This document shows, in pieces, positions 12,161 through 24,548 of a stretch of 58,661 nt of DNA. Numbering within the stretch: the stretch's first letter is position 1; each line of letters opens with the position of its first letter. The stretch lies in assembly GCF_001194135.2 (NCBI RefSeq), contig NC_068993.1:36190929-36249589 (forward strand), given 5' to 3'. Under the pieces are notes generated by a model. It was not told the DNA's origin, made no database searches, and worked only from the letters and a program-made list of their open reading frames with translations. This DNA comes from Octopus bimaculoides. Its lineage: Eukaryota. The position numbers were made by a program, and so were the translations under genes.

Positions 12161-13722
12161 TGTGCATGTGTGCGTGCGTGCATGTGTGTGTCTATGATTT
12201 TCATTTGATTTTTTAATCAAAGGTAGTGCATAGAGCAAAAATGATTCAGAAACACTGTGCTAAGTAGTCACTTGATCTACTAAAAATAGCAGCCAAATCT
12301 CCTTAAAATCATTCTCTGTCACCTTTAGAAAAGAATAGACTAAATTAATATGGTCCTAGGTACACAGTGCCTAATAACAAGACAGGATAGTTTTGGCTGA
12401 AATGTTGTTTTTTTTATCAAAGATTTGTTTGATTAAGATGGACTTAGGCAGTGGATTAGCAGGCTTGTTAGAACATCTTACAGTATTTACTTACAATTGC
12501 TTATGGTCTGAGTTCAAATCCTGCTGAGGAAAACTTTGCCTTTCTAATTAAAATAAAGAACTAGTTATTATTTTTTAATAAGCTAGTGAGCTCATTAACA
12601 AATAATAATGACAGAGGCAGTATTAATACCAAAAGGCAACCTTGATCTCCAACTGAAGATGGGTGTCATGTCAAAAGGACCTCTCATATAAACTTATGGT
12701 GCACAAAAGCACTCTTGTTTTAAAACTGTCTTTATATAACAAATAATAATTCTTCCATGTAGTAAGATAAATAGATGGCTATTTCAATTTGATACAATTT
12801 CAGTTATATAAATAAAATTTTCCTATAAAGGATCCTGCCAGTAATATTAATTATTTCTTCTGTGGTATACACTTCCCTGATGTTTATTTTTATACTTCCA
12901 GTAACAAGCAGAATGAACCTTGAGGTGATCAATCAACCCACAAGAAATAGCAGCCAAATCTTCCTTAATTTACACTCTTCCAAGTATGAAAAAAAAGAAA
13001 AAAAGAAAAAGGCACAGTGGGCAATGTAGGCCTACATATATCGCATTAGAAAGGACATGACTGGATAGTCATGGTTGGAAGACCTTTGAATAAATGTTTG
13101 CTTAACCAGGACCAACTTAGAGTTAAAACAACAAGAACAGCAGCAGTTTGATAAATTCTATCAAACAGAAATAAATTCCATCAAATGGAAAAGGAATTAT
13201 AACATCTCAGAAGAATCTTTACAGTAGATGCTGTCCTCCCAATCAAGTCGCAGGCTCTGTTAGAGATTACATTATTTCTTCAACAACTTTTAGTTGTAGA
13301 CAAAAAGAGAAATTTGGATTGCAGACTGCAATTGCAGCTACACCCACCTGTGCTCTTTAACAATGCAACAATATCTGTAACAAGGCAGTTTACAATAGCA
13401 AGTTGCTCATTCCTAAAGCAAATATTCTAAATTCACATTGACTATGAACAGAACTGAAAGCCATGGTAATGTTGAAGATGCTGCTAGCAGAAATTCTCCG
13501 ACAGAGAGCATGAATAAGAGGAAAAAATTGAAAAGAAAAAATAGAATTTAATATTACAAAATAAATATCATTTTTAGATTTTATTTAAATGCTTTTGAGG
13601 GTTTATTTTCATAAATAGTCTTCACAGAAATAATTCAAGAATATTTTGAAGTATTCAATTCTTAAAAGTAATGAAATGTGAATCCCTTGTGGCTGAGTAA
13701 ATACACACACACATGCATACAA

Positions 13723-13758
<36 letters not shown>

Positions 13759-13765
13759 GTGTATA

Positions 13766-14290
13766 NNNNNNNNNNNNNNNNNNNNNNNNNNNNNNNNNNN
13801 NNNNNNNNNNNNNNNNNNNNNNNNNNNNNNNNNNNNNNNNNNNNNNNNNNNNNNNNNNNNNNNNNNNNNNNNNNNNNNNNNNNNNNNNNNNNNNNNNNNN
13901 NNNNNNNNNNNNNNNNNNNNNNNNNNNNNNNNNNNNNNNNNNNNNNNNNNNNNNNNNNNNNNNNNNNNNNNNNNNNNNNNNNNNNNNNNNNNNNNNNNNN
14001 NNNNNNNNNNNNNNNNNNNNNNNNNNNNNNNNNNNNNNNNNNNNNNNNNNNNNNNNNNNNNNNNNNNNNNNNNNNNNNNNNNNNNNNNNNNNNNNNNNNN
14101 NNNNNNNNNNNNNNNNNNNNNNNNNNNNNNNNNNNNNNNNNNNNNNNNNNNNNNNNNNNNNNNNNNNNNNNNNNNNNNNNNNNNNNNNNNNNNNNNNNNN
14201 NNNNNNNNNNNNNNNNNNNNNNNNNNNNNNNNNNNNNNNNNNNNNNNNNNNNNNNNNNNNNNNNNNNNNNNNNNNNNNNNNNNNNNNNNN
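13766..14290. other. Assembly gap (N)
   Basis: N run after a (CA)/(TA) tract. Confidence 1.
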
Positions 14291-14562
14291 GGATTAGCAG
14301 TATCCTGCTTCTCCAACATACTGAGAATTCAGAAATAGCAGCCAAAGAACTACTGATTCCAAAACTACAAATTTTTCTCTAATTGATAGCGATATTTATG
14401 GTACACACAGAACAAAAAAACAGAAGAGAAGAGTAAAAACAAACCTGCCTTTAGTTAATTTGGTACGACATTATAAATGGTTTTACCGATAAGATTTTTT
14501 CATACTGAGCTACCCGGCAAAATTGTTAATTATTAATTTTATTACTAATTGACGATTCCCTG

Positions 14563-14603
<41 letters not shown>

Positions 14604-14604
14604 A

Positions 14605-15035
14605 TTATATCATCATCATCATTGTTTGATGTCCATGTTTCCATGCTTGCATGGGTCAAATGAAATTTGATGAGGCAGGTTTTCTAAGGCCTGATGCTCT
14701 TCCTGTTGCTAGCCTTCACCTGTTTCCCAACAAGGTAATATTCCCCTATGACTAGACATGTTTTCATGGAGGATTAGAAATGAATGTCACTATTTGTATG
14801 ATGGTAATACTCATTTACAACTATCACATAAAAATGTCAAGACAAGGAGACACAAACACATATGCTCACAAATAAATAAATAGATATCACCATCATCATC
14901 AGTTAACGTCAGTTTTCAATGCTCGAATGTGTTGGATAGTCTGACAGGAGCTGGCAAGCCAGAAGACTGTCCTAGGCCTCACTGTCTGTTTTGGCATGAT
15001 TTTTACAGCTGGATGCCCTTCCTAATGCCAACCAT
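14605..15035 (-). mobile_element. Two adjacent family C repeats
   Basis: Each starts with catcatcatc and carries a gatgc(c/t)cttcct motif. Confidence 0.7.
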
Positions 15036-15112
<77 letters not shown>

Positions 15113-15149
15113 TATACATATATATATAATAATATAAATAATATATAAA

Positions 15150-15680
15150 TATATGCATATATACATACATATATGTACATACCTACATATATATGTATAT
15201 ATACATGCATATATGGGTACAGGACATCAAAAAAAACGTTAAACCCAATGAGAAACGAAAACATAAAAACAAAAACATAGAAAACGAACTTTTTTTCGAA
15301 CAACGAAAAAAACAGAGAAACAAGACATGCAACATAAAGAATATACCCCTTCTTCAGTTGTCCCTGTTTCATCTACTCCGTGTTTCGAAGGTAACAACAA
15401 TATGCGACTTCATTAAAAAAGTCCTTCCCGCAAAGCAAATTAAATAAAATTTGGGATTTTTTGCGGAGGGTGAAAGTGTTAACAAGAACAGGACAGTGAG
15501 AACAAGACAGTAAAAACAAACGGTGAGGGCTGTTGAGCCAAAACAATAGAAAGATTATTATGAACGCTAGGAGGACGAGCCATGAGAGGAGACAGGAAAA
15601 GACACGTCTTTTCTTTATGAAGGAAGTGGACAGAAAGATAGATCTCATTTTATCACGTGTCAGTGATAACAGAGGTCAAG
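15150..15680 (-). mobile_element. Dispersed repeat, probably the 3'/pLTR region of a Penelope-like element
   Basis: 15150-15390 closely matches 58130-58377, which abuts a Penelope-like ORF fragment. CpGs are retained. Confidence 0.55.
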
Positions 15681-16395
15681 GAGGATGAGTGAGAGAGAAA
15701 GGGAATGGTGAAGAGAAGAGGAGAAGAATAGGGAAAGGGTGGGAGAGAAAAACAGAAAGGATGAAGAACAAGAGAGACACACACATGTATATACATATAC
15801 ACACAGGGTTTCTTTCCATTTATCAAATCCATTCACAAGGTTTTGATCGACCCAGATATATAATAGATGACACTTGCCTTAGGTGCCGTGCAGTGGGACT
15901 GAACCCAGAACCACATGGTTGGGAAGCAAACTTGTTAACCACACAGCCATGCCTGCACCTATAAAATAAGGGTACATTCGAGATATGAACCCAAGATCTC
16001 CCAAGCCATGATGTCAAACCAACAATAATGAATTGTACCTATGGGTGATGACAACACTTATCTCTAGTGAATTCATTTCAACTAGCTGTAAATAGGTACC
16101 AGGGATAGGCATACCTTACAACTAATACACAACAGAAAGACTGTTTAATTCAAATTTTTTTTTTTTCCAAAATAAACCAAAATATTTGGATATTTTCAGC
16201 ATATACTCACAGAGAATTGTCAGATCTTGTTATATTGTAGATCTTGTTATAAAGCAGATCTTTTTGGCAAATTAGAAGACTTTATATCAAGAAATATAAG
16301 GGAAATATGTCAGAGAGCTTACATCTTACATAACAAGTAGTATAAACAGTCTAGGCTAGGGCAGGGGTGAGGTACCTTTCAGCATCAGCAGTAAA

Positions 16396-16560
16396 TTAAC
16401 CCTTGTGATCCCATATTTTTGTTGAAATACTCTGTTCTTTGACTGAATTAATTAAAAAAATTTTTAATATTTAATAAGATAAATTTGTCAATATTAAACT
16501 GGCATTTAGATAATAAACTAACATGAAATTTTAATGGAAGGTAAAATTATTTGAGTGATG
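16396..16560. mobile_element. Truncated TTAA-CCCT-terminated MITE (piggyBac-like)
   Basis: Starts TTAACCCTT; no partner terminus seen. Confidence 0.35.
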
Positions 16561-16599
16561 AACAAAATGTCTTGTATTTGTTCCAGCTCTTTAGATTCT

Positions 16600-17050
16600 G
16601 AGTTCCCAGGCAATTGTGATGAACTTCTCTTGTATCTAGCCAAGATGATGGCATCTTAAAAAAAATTGCCCAAAGAAAGGTAATGAGAATCAACCTTTTT
16701 GTATTCTACCATGAAAATTCTACAAGTAGCATCTAGTATTTAATAACAAGATCACTTAGTATGATGGCATCAGGTGAGAAGATACATGATGTCCAGGAAA
16801 AAGATGGAATGGTTATGAGTGGAATATATTTGGTTATTGATCTGTCTTTTGGGGAGCAGGGACCGAATCAGAGCTAAAAGGAGTAGGGACTCTGTTGGAC
16901 AATGTTAACCATGCATCTGTACATGTATGTGTAAGCCTGGACAAGATTTTTTGAGGAAAACTAGCAGTTGTCTGTTCATACATGCAAGTCTCTGCTCTCT
17001 TCATGCCACTGTTGTTTGTCCAAGGAGAAGGCTATTGACTTGGATCAATT
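16600..17050 (-). pseudogene. Highly degraded LINE APE-endonuclease relic (CR1/L2-like)
   Basis: Minus frame gives CSP...FSPDAIILSDL, resembling YRSP...IILGDFN; otherwise riddled with stops. Confidence 0.3.
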
Positions 17051-17749
17051 CAGTTTGGTACCAGTGTCATTACAGGTGTTGCTGCCAAATCACAAAGAGC
17101 TAGACCAGATACTGCAAAGCATCTCACCTGATAGTTCCACTAAATGGTACTTCTTTTTTTTATTGACCCTGAAAGAATGAAAAGCAACGTTAATCTTAGT
17201 AGGATTTGAACTCAGGATGCAGACAGCTGGGAGAAATACCATGAAGTATTTTGTCCACACTAACACCTTTACCAGTTCACCACCTCATAGTTAAAATACA
17301 ACAACAAATAAACAAGCTTCTGTATATTTGTATGAAAGTTTCAATGAGTATCATAGAAATTTAGGGAAGGATCAGTATGAAGGATGACATAATTAGAGAA
17401 AGAGGGTCAGTGTCTATGACCTATTCAGGTGATCCCAGGTCAATGAAATTGATGTAACTGATGATCAATTTCAATGATTTTTGGCCATTGAGAAGTTTAA
17501 ATTTTTCAATTCTGGTATCCAGTACATTTAAAATGTTTCTCAACAAGAAATTTCTGATATTTCAAAAGAGATTTTCTTATGCTTGAATTATCCCAAAGAA
17601 TTTGGTCTCACACTTCAATAAACTTCTTATATTTCAGTCTTTTTTAATATTTCTACTCAGTTGGTACCAACTATTGACACCCGTCACTTGTTATGCCTGT
17701 CAGGACAGCAACAACTACAACTAGTTCACTTCAACTATGATAATAAAAC

Positions 17750-18060
17750 ATTATGATGATGATGATGAAAAAGACAGCAGTGGTGATAGTGGCAGTGGTA
17801 GCAGTGGTGATAGTGGCAGTGGTAGCAGTGGTGATAGTGGTGATGATGACAACAGTAGGGATGGAATGAATGTAAGGTAGAGCAGTGATAATGGTGATGA
17901 GTGTGATAATGAATGTGATGATGATGACGATGATGATGACAACGATGACGATGGTAACTCGTTTACCTGAAATGGCATTGTGTTTAAACATAATCATTAT
18001 CATCATCACGCTGATGATGATGGTGGAAGGTGATGATGATGATGATGATGATGCAATTTA
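17750..18060. repeat. Compound (GAT)n/(GTG)/(CAT)n trinucleotide low-complexity tract
   Basis: Visible directly; source of the poly-T/I/S/M ORFs. Confidence 0.9.
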
Positions 18061-18682
18061 TCATCATGTACATTGTAATTAATACTTTAATAGCATGAGC
18101 ACAGTGAAAGTAAACTAGTGTGTGTTGCTGAGTACAAGTGATAACTACACAACATGTCATTATCAACATCATTTAACATCCAGCTTCCATGCCAATACGA
18201 GTTGGACTGTTTGGTAGAATCTGATGTGCTGGAGGACTATGTTATATAATCAATGTCTTTTTTTTTCACATGGGTTCTACAGCTGGATATCCCTCCTTAT
18301 GCCATTCACTTTACAGAGTGTACTGGGTGCTTTTTTTTTTTGTTTTCATGGCACCAACACTTGTGATGATCACCAAGTAACTTGCAGAAGGTGAGGGCCT
18401 AATATGACCCCCAATAACAGCAGAGGAAGAGAAGAGAGAAAGCTGTAATCCTAGACAGAGACATGTGGGATGATAAGAAGAGAATAGGATGGGGTAGTAT
18501 GGACAGAAGGTATAAGGGAAAGTAAACAGGAAGGGAACAGTAGACTAAGGTAGAGAGGGATCCTGAGAGAGAGTTATTGAAGGAAAGAAAGGTGTGGAGG
18601 TGAGGAAGGTTGTGTAAGTAGGTTGGGGGGGAGATGAGAAGGAGTGTTGAGGAAGTAGAGTGGCGGTGGTGTGTGTATATAT

Positions 18683-18725
<43 letters not shown>

Positions 18726-19313
18726 TATATATATATACATATAGTTCAAATTTACAGAAAACAAGAAAAAAACAGATGAGGGAACAACAAGCAGGTGTAT
18801 TAGTTTGACACCCAGGAAGAATATGGAATAATCATTTTAACATCCACTTTCCATGTTTGTATGGGTTGGACAGGTCTCAAAAGATTAGAAAAGGAGGACA
18901 CTCAAAAGAGAAGAAAAGATAAGAAAAGGAGGACACAAAGCTTTGGTCAGCCAAAGGCTTTAGTAGAAGACACTTGCCCAAGGTGCCACACACACTGGGA
19001 CTAAACCTGGAACCATGTGGTTTGGCAGCGAACTTCTTACCAGACAACCACACATGTGCCTATATATATATGTATGTATGTATGAATATACAATAGGAAG
19101 ACTTTAGGCCACTGGTGATCTAAACTAATAGGTATGCTGTCTGAGTGCTCCAAATTGATAAGCTAGAAGAATCCAAGTTAACAACAGGGGCTGGAATTGG
19201 GGAAACAGCTGTAAGACATTATTATTTACTTTTGCTTACTTCATTTCACCATTAAAATAATTTAAATAATCTGCCTTTATTTTTGTTTTCCTCTTCCTTT
19301 AATTTATATTCAT

Positions 19314-19357
<44 letters not shown>

Positions 19358-19387
19358 GGAATAATTACTATGAAGCATTGTGTAGAA

Positions 19388-19874
19388 TATATTGTATAAA
19401 GGATCGTGGGTAAGGCTAAAACAATGCGAAGTAAATGCAAGGTAAATCACAAGAAAACAGATATATGAAATAATGTAGACTTACCTTGTATTCGATATTT
19501 TGGGGTATGAGCGTGTGTGGAGTGGACATGCACAGAAGGGTGTTGCTATAGCAACCAACTAGCTTCCTGTAACTCCCTTAACTTTAAGGGAGTTACAGGA
19601 AGCTAGCTTGTTGCTATAGCACTCCCTGTATCTTTAAGGGAATTACAGGAAGCTTGCTGGTTGCTATAGCAACAACCTTCTGCACATGTCCACTCCACAC
19701 ATGCTTACACACACACATTGGCAACATTTGTCAATTTCTTGAAAATGGAGTCATAACCCCAAAATATTGAATACAAGGTAAGTCTACATTAATTCACATA
19801 TTTGTTTTCTTGTGATTTACCTTGCATTTACTTCGCATTGTTTTGGCCTTACCCATGATCCTTTATACAATATA
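19388..19874. mobile_element. Foldback/MITE-like element with about 125-bp outer inverted repeats and a nested internal palindrome
   Basis: 19388-19510 is the reverse complement of about 19750-19874 (around 90% by eye). Inner arms at 19511-19557 and 19659-19704; central hairpin at 19545-19620. TA at the termini. Confidence 0.85.
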
Positions 19875-19880
19875 TATATA

Positions 19881-20674
19881 NNNNNNNNNNNNNNNNNNNN
19901 NNNNNNNNNNNNNNNNNNNNNNNNNNNNNNNNNNNNNNNNNNNNNNNNNNNNNNNNNNNNNNNNNNNNNNNNNNNNNNNNNNNNNNNNNNNNNNNNNNNN
20001 NNNNNNNNNNNNNNNNNNNNNNNNNNNNNNNNNNNNNNNNNNNNNNNNNNNNNNNNNNNNNNNNNNNNNNNNNNNNNNNNNNNNNNNNNNNNNNNNNNNN
20101 NNNNNNNNNNNNNNNNNNNNNNNNNNNNNNNNNNNNNNNNNNNNNNNNNNNNNNNNNNNNNNNNNNNNNNNNNNNNNNNNNNNNNNNNNNNNNNNNNNNN
20201 NNNNNNNNNNNNNNNNNNNNNNNNNNNNNNNNNNNNNNNNNNNNNNNNNNNNNNNNNNNNNNNNNNNNNNNNNNNNNNNNNNNNNNNNNNNNNNNNNNNN
20301 NNNNNNNNNNNNNNNNNNNNNNNNNNNNNNNNNNNNNNNNNNNNNNNNNNNNNNNNNNNNNNNNNNNNNNNNNNNNNNNNNNNNNNNNNNNNNNNNNNNN
20401 NNNNNNNNNNNNNNNNNNNNNNNNNNNNNNNNNNNNNNNNNNNNNNNNNNNNNNNNNNNNNNNNNNNNNNNNNNNNNNNNNNNNNNNNNNNNNNNNNNNN
20501 NNNNNNNNNNNNNNNNNNNNNNNNNNNNNNNNNNNNNNNNNNNNNNNNNNNNNNNNNNNNNNNNNNNNNNNNNNNNNNNNNNNNNNNNNNNNNNNNNNNN
20601 NNNNNNNNNNNNNNNNNNNNNNNNNNNNNNNNNNNNNNNNNNNNNNNNNNNNNNNNNNNNNNNNNNNNNNNNNN
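19881..20674. other. Assembly gap (N)
   Basis: N run between (TA)n and (CA)n. Confidence 1.
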
Positions 20675-20753
<79 letters not shown>

Positions 20754-21199
20754 ACTGGATTTACATAAGAGAATAAAACTTCTGGTGGCAGCATACCTCA
20801 CGTTCTCAACCCAAAATCTAATTAAGTGCAAAGACATGTGCAGCATAGAATGATTCATAAATGCCATTTCATTTGTGAATTTTCACTATTTTGACTATCA
20901 AACCAAGTGACATTTCGATTTTAATAACAGAAGTAGGAGAAAAAAAACATCTGGAAGGCATTACCTCATTACCGGTGAGAATTAAAGACAAGAGAAATAC
21001 CGAAATATCAGATTTCATATCAATAAAATAAACAAAAAATAAGAAAAAGAGAAAAAATCACATGTCTTTAAGCACCATTAGTTGAATAATATATTTCGTT
21101 TATGTGTCATCTTGCCTGTACTAATCACATAATATTAATCCTTTGCAAAATAATCTATGAGCTACACTGCATAATCCATTTTAATTTGTTGTTTTATTG

Positions 21200-21720
21200 T
21201 TGTTGTTGTTGTTGTTTTTATTGTATATCCCCAGGTTAGAAATAATTGAGCGAGACCTACAATCAAAGGTATTTCAGCCCAGCACATCTGAGCTCATCCA
21301 TTCAGTCTTGTATTTTTCAGGCATAGTATGTCTAGGATAGTATGACAGTTCCCAAAGGGGGTAGTACTGCCCCCTTGGGGGTGATGGAAAAATCCAGGTA
21401 GTGTGGGAGGGTTGTAGAAAAGTGAGGTGATAATGGGGTGGCCAAAAGGGGTCAATGGATGTAAAAAAACCAAAATAATGGGTTAATTAGGTTAAACTTT
21501 AATTGCGAAATATAGTTGTTTTGAATTTGCTGCAGAAAGTGATCTATGCTTGTGGTGGCGAGTGGAGAGGGGGCATTAGGAATGTGGGAACCACTAGTCT
21601 AGGACTACATTATGCAATGTGCAATTCCTCTTTAAGATAGTAGGGTGTAATTTGAGGAGGTATTTTGAGATTTTGAGATTTAGGTGCTATTATTGGCAGA
21701 AACATTGGCAGGAACATTAA
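21200..21720 (-). mobile_element. Dispersed repeat family D (gctagaaatagcagccaaat...cctagata...ggggctaaacaacaac), here split by a hAT MITE
   Basis: Same family seen at about 5520, 12250, 12950, 23200, 26400, 34170, 44050, 46520 and 48700. Confidence 0.6.
21338..21596. mobile_element. hAT (Charlie-like) MITE
   Basis: Perfect 8-bp TSD GTCTAGGA at 21330-21337 and 21597-21604; termini tagt...gttccca and tgggaaccacta. Confidence 0.8.
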
Positions 21721-21950
21721 CACATTGTATAAAATGATAAGCAGGGTTCAAATTCCGCAGAGGTCAACTATGCCTTTTGTCCTTTTGGGGTCAATAAAAT
21801 AGGTACCAAACACTATGATCAATGTAATAGACTAGTCGCTCTCTCCAAATTTCAAGCTTATGCTTATAGTAGACAACTGTTACATTCTAAGCTCAAATCC
21901 TAGTGAGGTTAACTTTGCCTTTCATCCTTTTAGAGTCAATGAAATAATAT

Positions 21951-22375
21951 GGCATGGCTGTGTGGTAAGAAGCCATAGATGCAGGCATGGCTATGTGGTA
22001 AGAAGCTTGCTTCCCAACCACATGGTCCTGGGTTCAGTCCCACTGCATGGCACCTTGAGCAAGTGTCTTCTTCTGTGGTCTTGGGCTGACCAAAGCCTTG
22101 TGGGTGGATTTGGTAGGCAGTAACTGAAAGAAGCCTGTCGTATGTGTGTGTGTGTATGTGTACATGCCTTTGTGTTTGTTCCCCACCATTGTTTGATAAC
22201 CGATGGTGACATGTTTACATCCTCGTAACTTAGTGGTTGAACAAAAGAGACCAATAGAATAAGAACCAGTACTTTAAAAAATTATGAACTGGGATGGATT
22301 CATTCAACTAAAATTCAAGGCAGTGCCCCAGCATGGCCACAGTCTAATAACTAAAACAAGTAAAAGAGAAAAGAC
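21951..22375 (+). mobile_element. Family A SINE with a duplicated 5' head
   Basis: ggcatggctgtgtggtaagaagc occurs twice, followed by ggttcagtccc, ccttgagcaagtgtctt and an agtaaaag tail. Confidence 0.85.
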
Positions 22376-22868
22376 AAAAAATACCAGTCAAGTATTGGGG
22401 TTGATATAATTGACTTGCCTACCACCCACTCACCCATCTTATGTCAAAATTAGAAAGTGTTGTTGTTGTTATTGTATAGCCTTGCACAATGTATTCTCTT
22501 ATTCCTTCTCTAAAGAAAGGACTCCACCCCAAAAAACATCAGTCTCCACTTCAGAATCACACAGCACAACAACATGCAATTCATTTCTTTTTTCTCTTAT
22601 ATTTAAACATTTTACCTGTATAACATTTTCCATTTGTTTGTTATTCGGCTTAATGTCTTTCTTTTCTTCTTCTAAGCAATTATACATTGAAATAGAATAA
22701 CATTTTCCAGCAGTTTATCTCAGTTAAATTTCTATCTTGGAACACATTCTTCTGATTTTAGCGATGGTTCTAAGACTCTGACACTAACGAAGGTCAGAGA
22801 AAACAATTCTACTTCTACTAAACCACCAGGAAGTATTAAAAACTAATGTGATATACATACACGTGTGT

Positions 22869-22907
<39 letters not shown>

Positions 22908-23732
22908 CATATGGCCTCATGTTCAGAATATTGGGAAAAGTTCCAATGTAAAAAAAAAATTGCTTGTCAAAGATAACCAACTTTCCACTGATAAAACAGG
23001 AACTGATATCTCAAAGATGGAAAACATACGAGAGAGAAAACTTACTGCTATTAACATTGATTATGTTTTTGCTCATTATTCTTCTTCGTTAAAGATAGTA
23101 TAAAAAACAAAAAAAGTAATACAAATCATTAAAAAAAAAAATTAACGTAACTTAACTCATTAATTGGTGCACATGTGGTAGTTTAAGCCAATGAGGGAGC
23201 CTCTATGTGGTTGCGCAACCAGCAAGATATAGATCCAAACTTCCCTCATATTATATTCTACTTTTCTATAAACAAGGAAGAACACATTGGATAATGTTAT
23301 CCAAGATACACTGCAGTTGAAAAAAAAAATGTAGATATGCTCAATCAGAGCTGCTTTAAGGATAAATGACATTGTCTTATTTCCTAAGAAATTAATTACA
23401 AAAGTAAATTTATTCTGTTTCCATGGTAACAACATCGTCATCCTCATTTTAACATCTACTTTTCCATACTTGCAAGAATTGGATGGAATCTATTGCGGCA
23501 GAGTTTTTAAGACCAGATGCCTTTCCTGTCACCAAGCAAGATAGTATTTCTACATTACCAGACATATTTTCATGAAATATTGGAAATGAACTGACACTGT
23601 ATAACTAAAATTCATTTACAACTATCATGCAATAGACACAAGGAGACACAAACATACACTCACACACAGACCTTTGCACAAATACACACACACACACTTG
23701 CGCACACACACACACACACACATATATATGTA

Positions 23733-24041
23733 TAGGAAAATAAAAAAGGAGACAAACGCTCAGATGTTATTAAATCATTTATATCTTCATATCTCCTACA
23801 CATGTTTCGATGGTTACATCCAAAATATGTCCAACAGGATGAATAATGGTCAGCTATGCATCAATCTCTTTAGGGAGGATATAAATAACAGTACTCATCA
23901 AATAGCCATTTTAACAGATATATCTGCAAAGCTGACCATTGTTCATTTTGGATGCATCCATCGAAACCTGTGTACGAGATATGAAAATATAAATGATATA
24001 ATAACATCTTGAACGTTTGTCTCCTTTTTCTATTTTTCCTA
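23733..24041. mobile_element. Foldback structure (about 120-bp inverted arms) containing a degenerate hammerhead-like motif; probably inverted Penelope pLTR pieces
   Basis: taggaaaataaaaaaggagacaaacg...gtttcgatgg...ccaaaat pairs with attttgg...ccatcgaaac...cgtttgtctcctttttctatttttccta. Confidence 0.75.
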
Positions 24042-24196
24042 TTTTTCTCCTAAATACGTCTTGCTTGTCCCCAAATTCAACTCCCACACAAATGTGTCCA
24101 TTGTTTCCTAGGACACTTAAGCAACATTTAGCTACCTTGTAATTACTCCCTCAGATCCTTCTTTTATATATATATACTACAGTACATCTGTCAGAC

Positions 24197-24240
24197 GGGA
24201 CCTTGATGACTGCCATGAGGCAAGAAAGTATACTAGTCCT
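24197..24240 (+). ncRNA. Minimal type-I hammerhead-ribozyme-like motif (degenerate core)
   Basis: GGGAC / CUUGAUGA / C-UGCC-AUGA-GGCA-A / GAAA / G-UAUA-C / UA / GUCCU. Stems I, II and III are present and AGUAUACU is palindromic; the core has one extra nucleotide. Confidence 0.55.
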
Positions 24241-24481
24241 TATATATTTTATACTCTATATTTAATACTCAATATTTCATATATTCAATAAGACATTCAA
24301 TACTTCATTTCATTTTACTATTTATATTATATATTCCATATTCTATATCCCACATTAATTTTATAAGAATATAAATAAAACATAAAAAACAGACAGAGTT
24401 GGAACTCTTTTAAATAATATATTCCTCTATACATGATCATACAAAACCCTTTTTTATATTTTTTTATTTTTATTCATATAT

Positions 24482-24548
<67 letters not shown>

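Noticed and set aside
15340-15420. Type-II-like hammerhead arrangement on the minus strand (CCUUC-GAAAC-ACGGA-GUA...CUGAAGA-AGG; also 58330-58377)
   Set aside because: The 16 nt between GUA and CUGA cannot form stem I, so no complete fold can be drawn.
15373-15648. 91-aa hydrophobic ORF on the minus strand
   Set aside because: It lies inside a dispersed repeat; the hydrophobicity follows from T-rich composition.
17440-17690. hAT-transposase-like open stretch on the minus strand (NILNVLDTRIEKFKLL)
   Set aside because: No diagnostic residues and no termini found.
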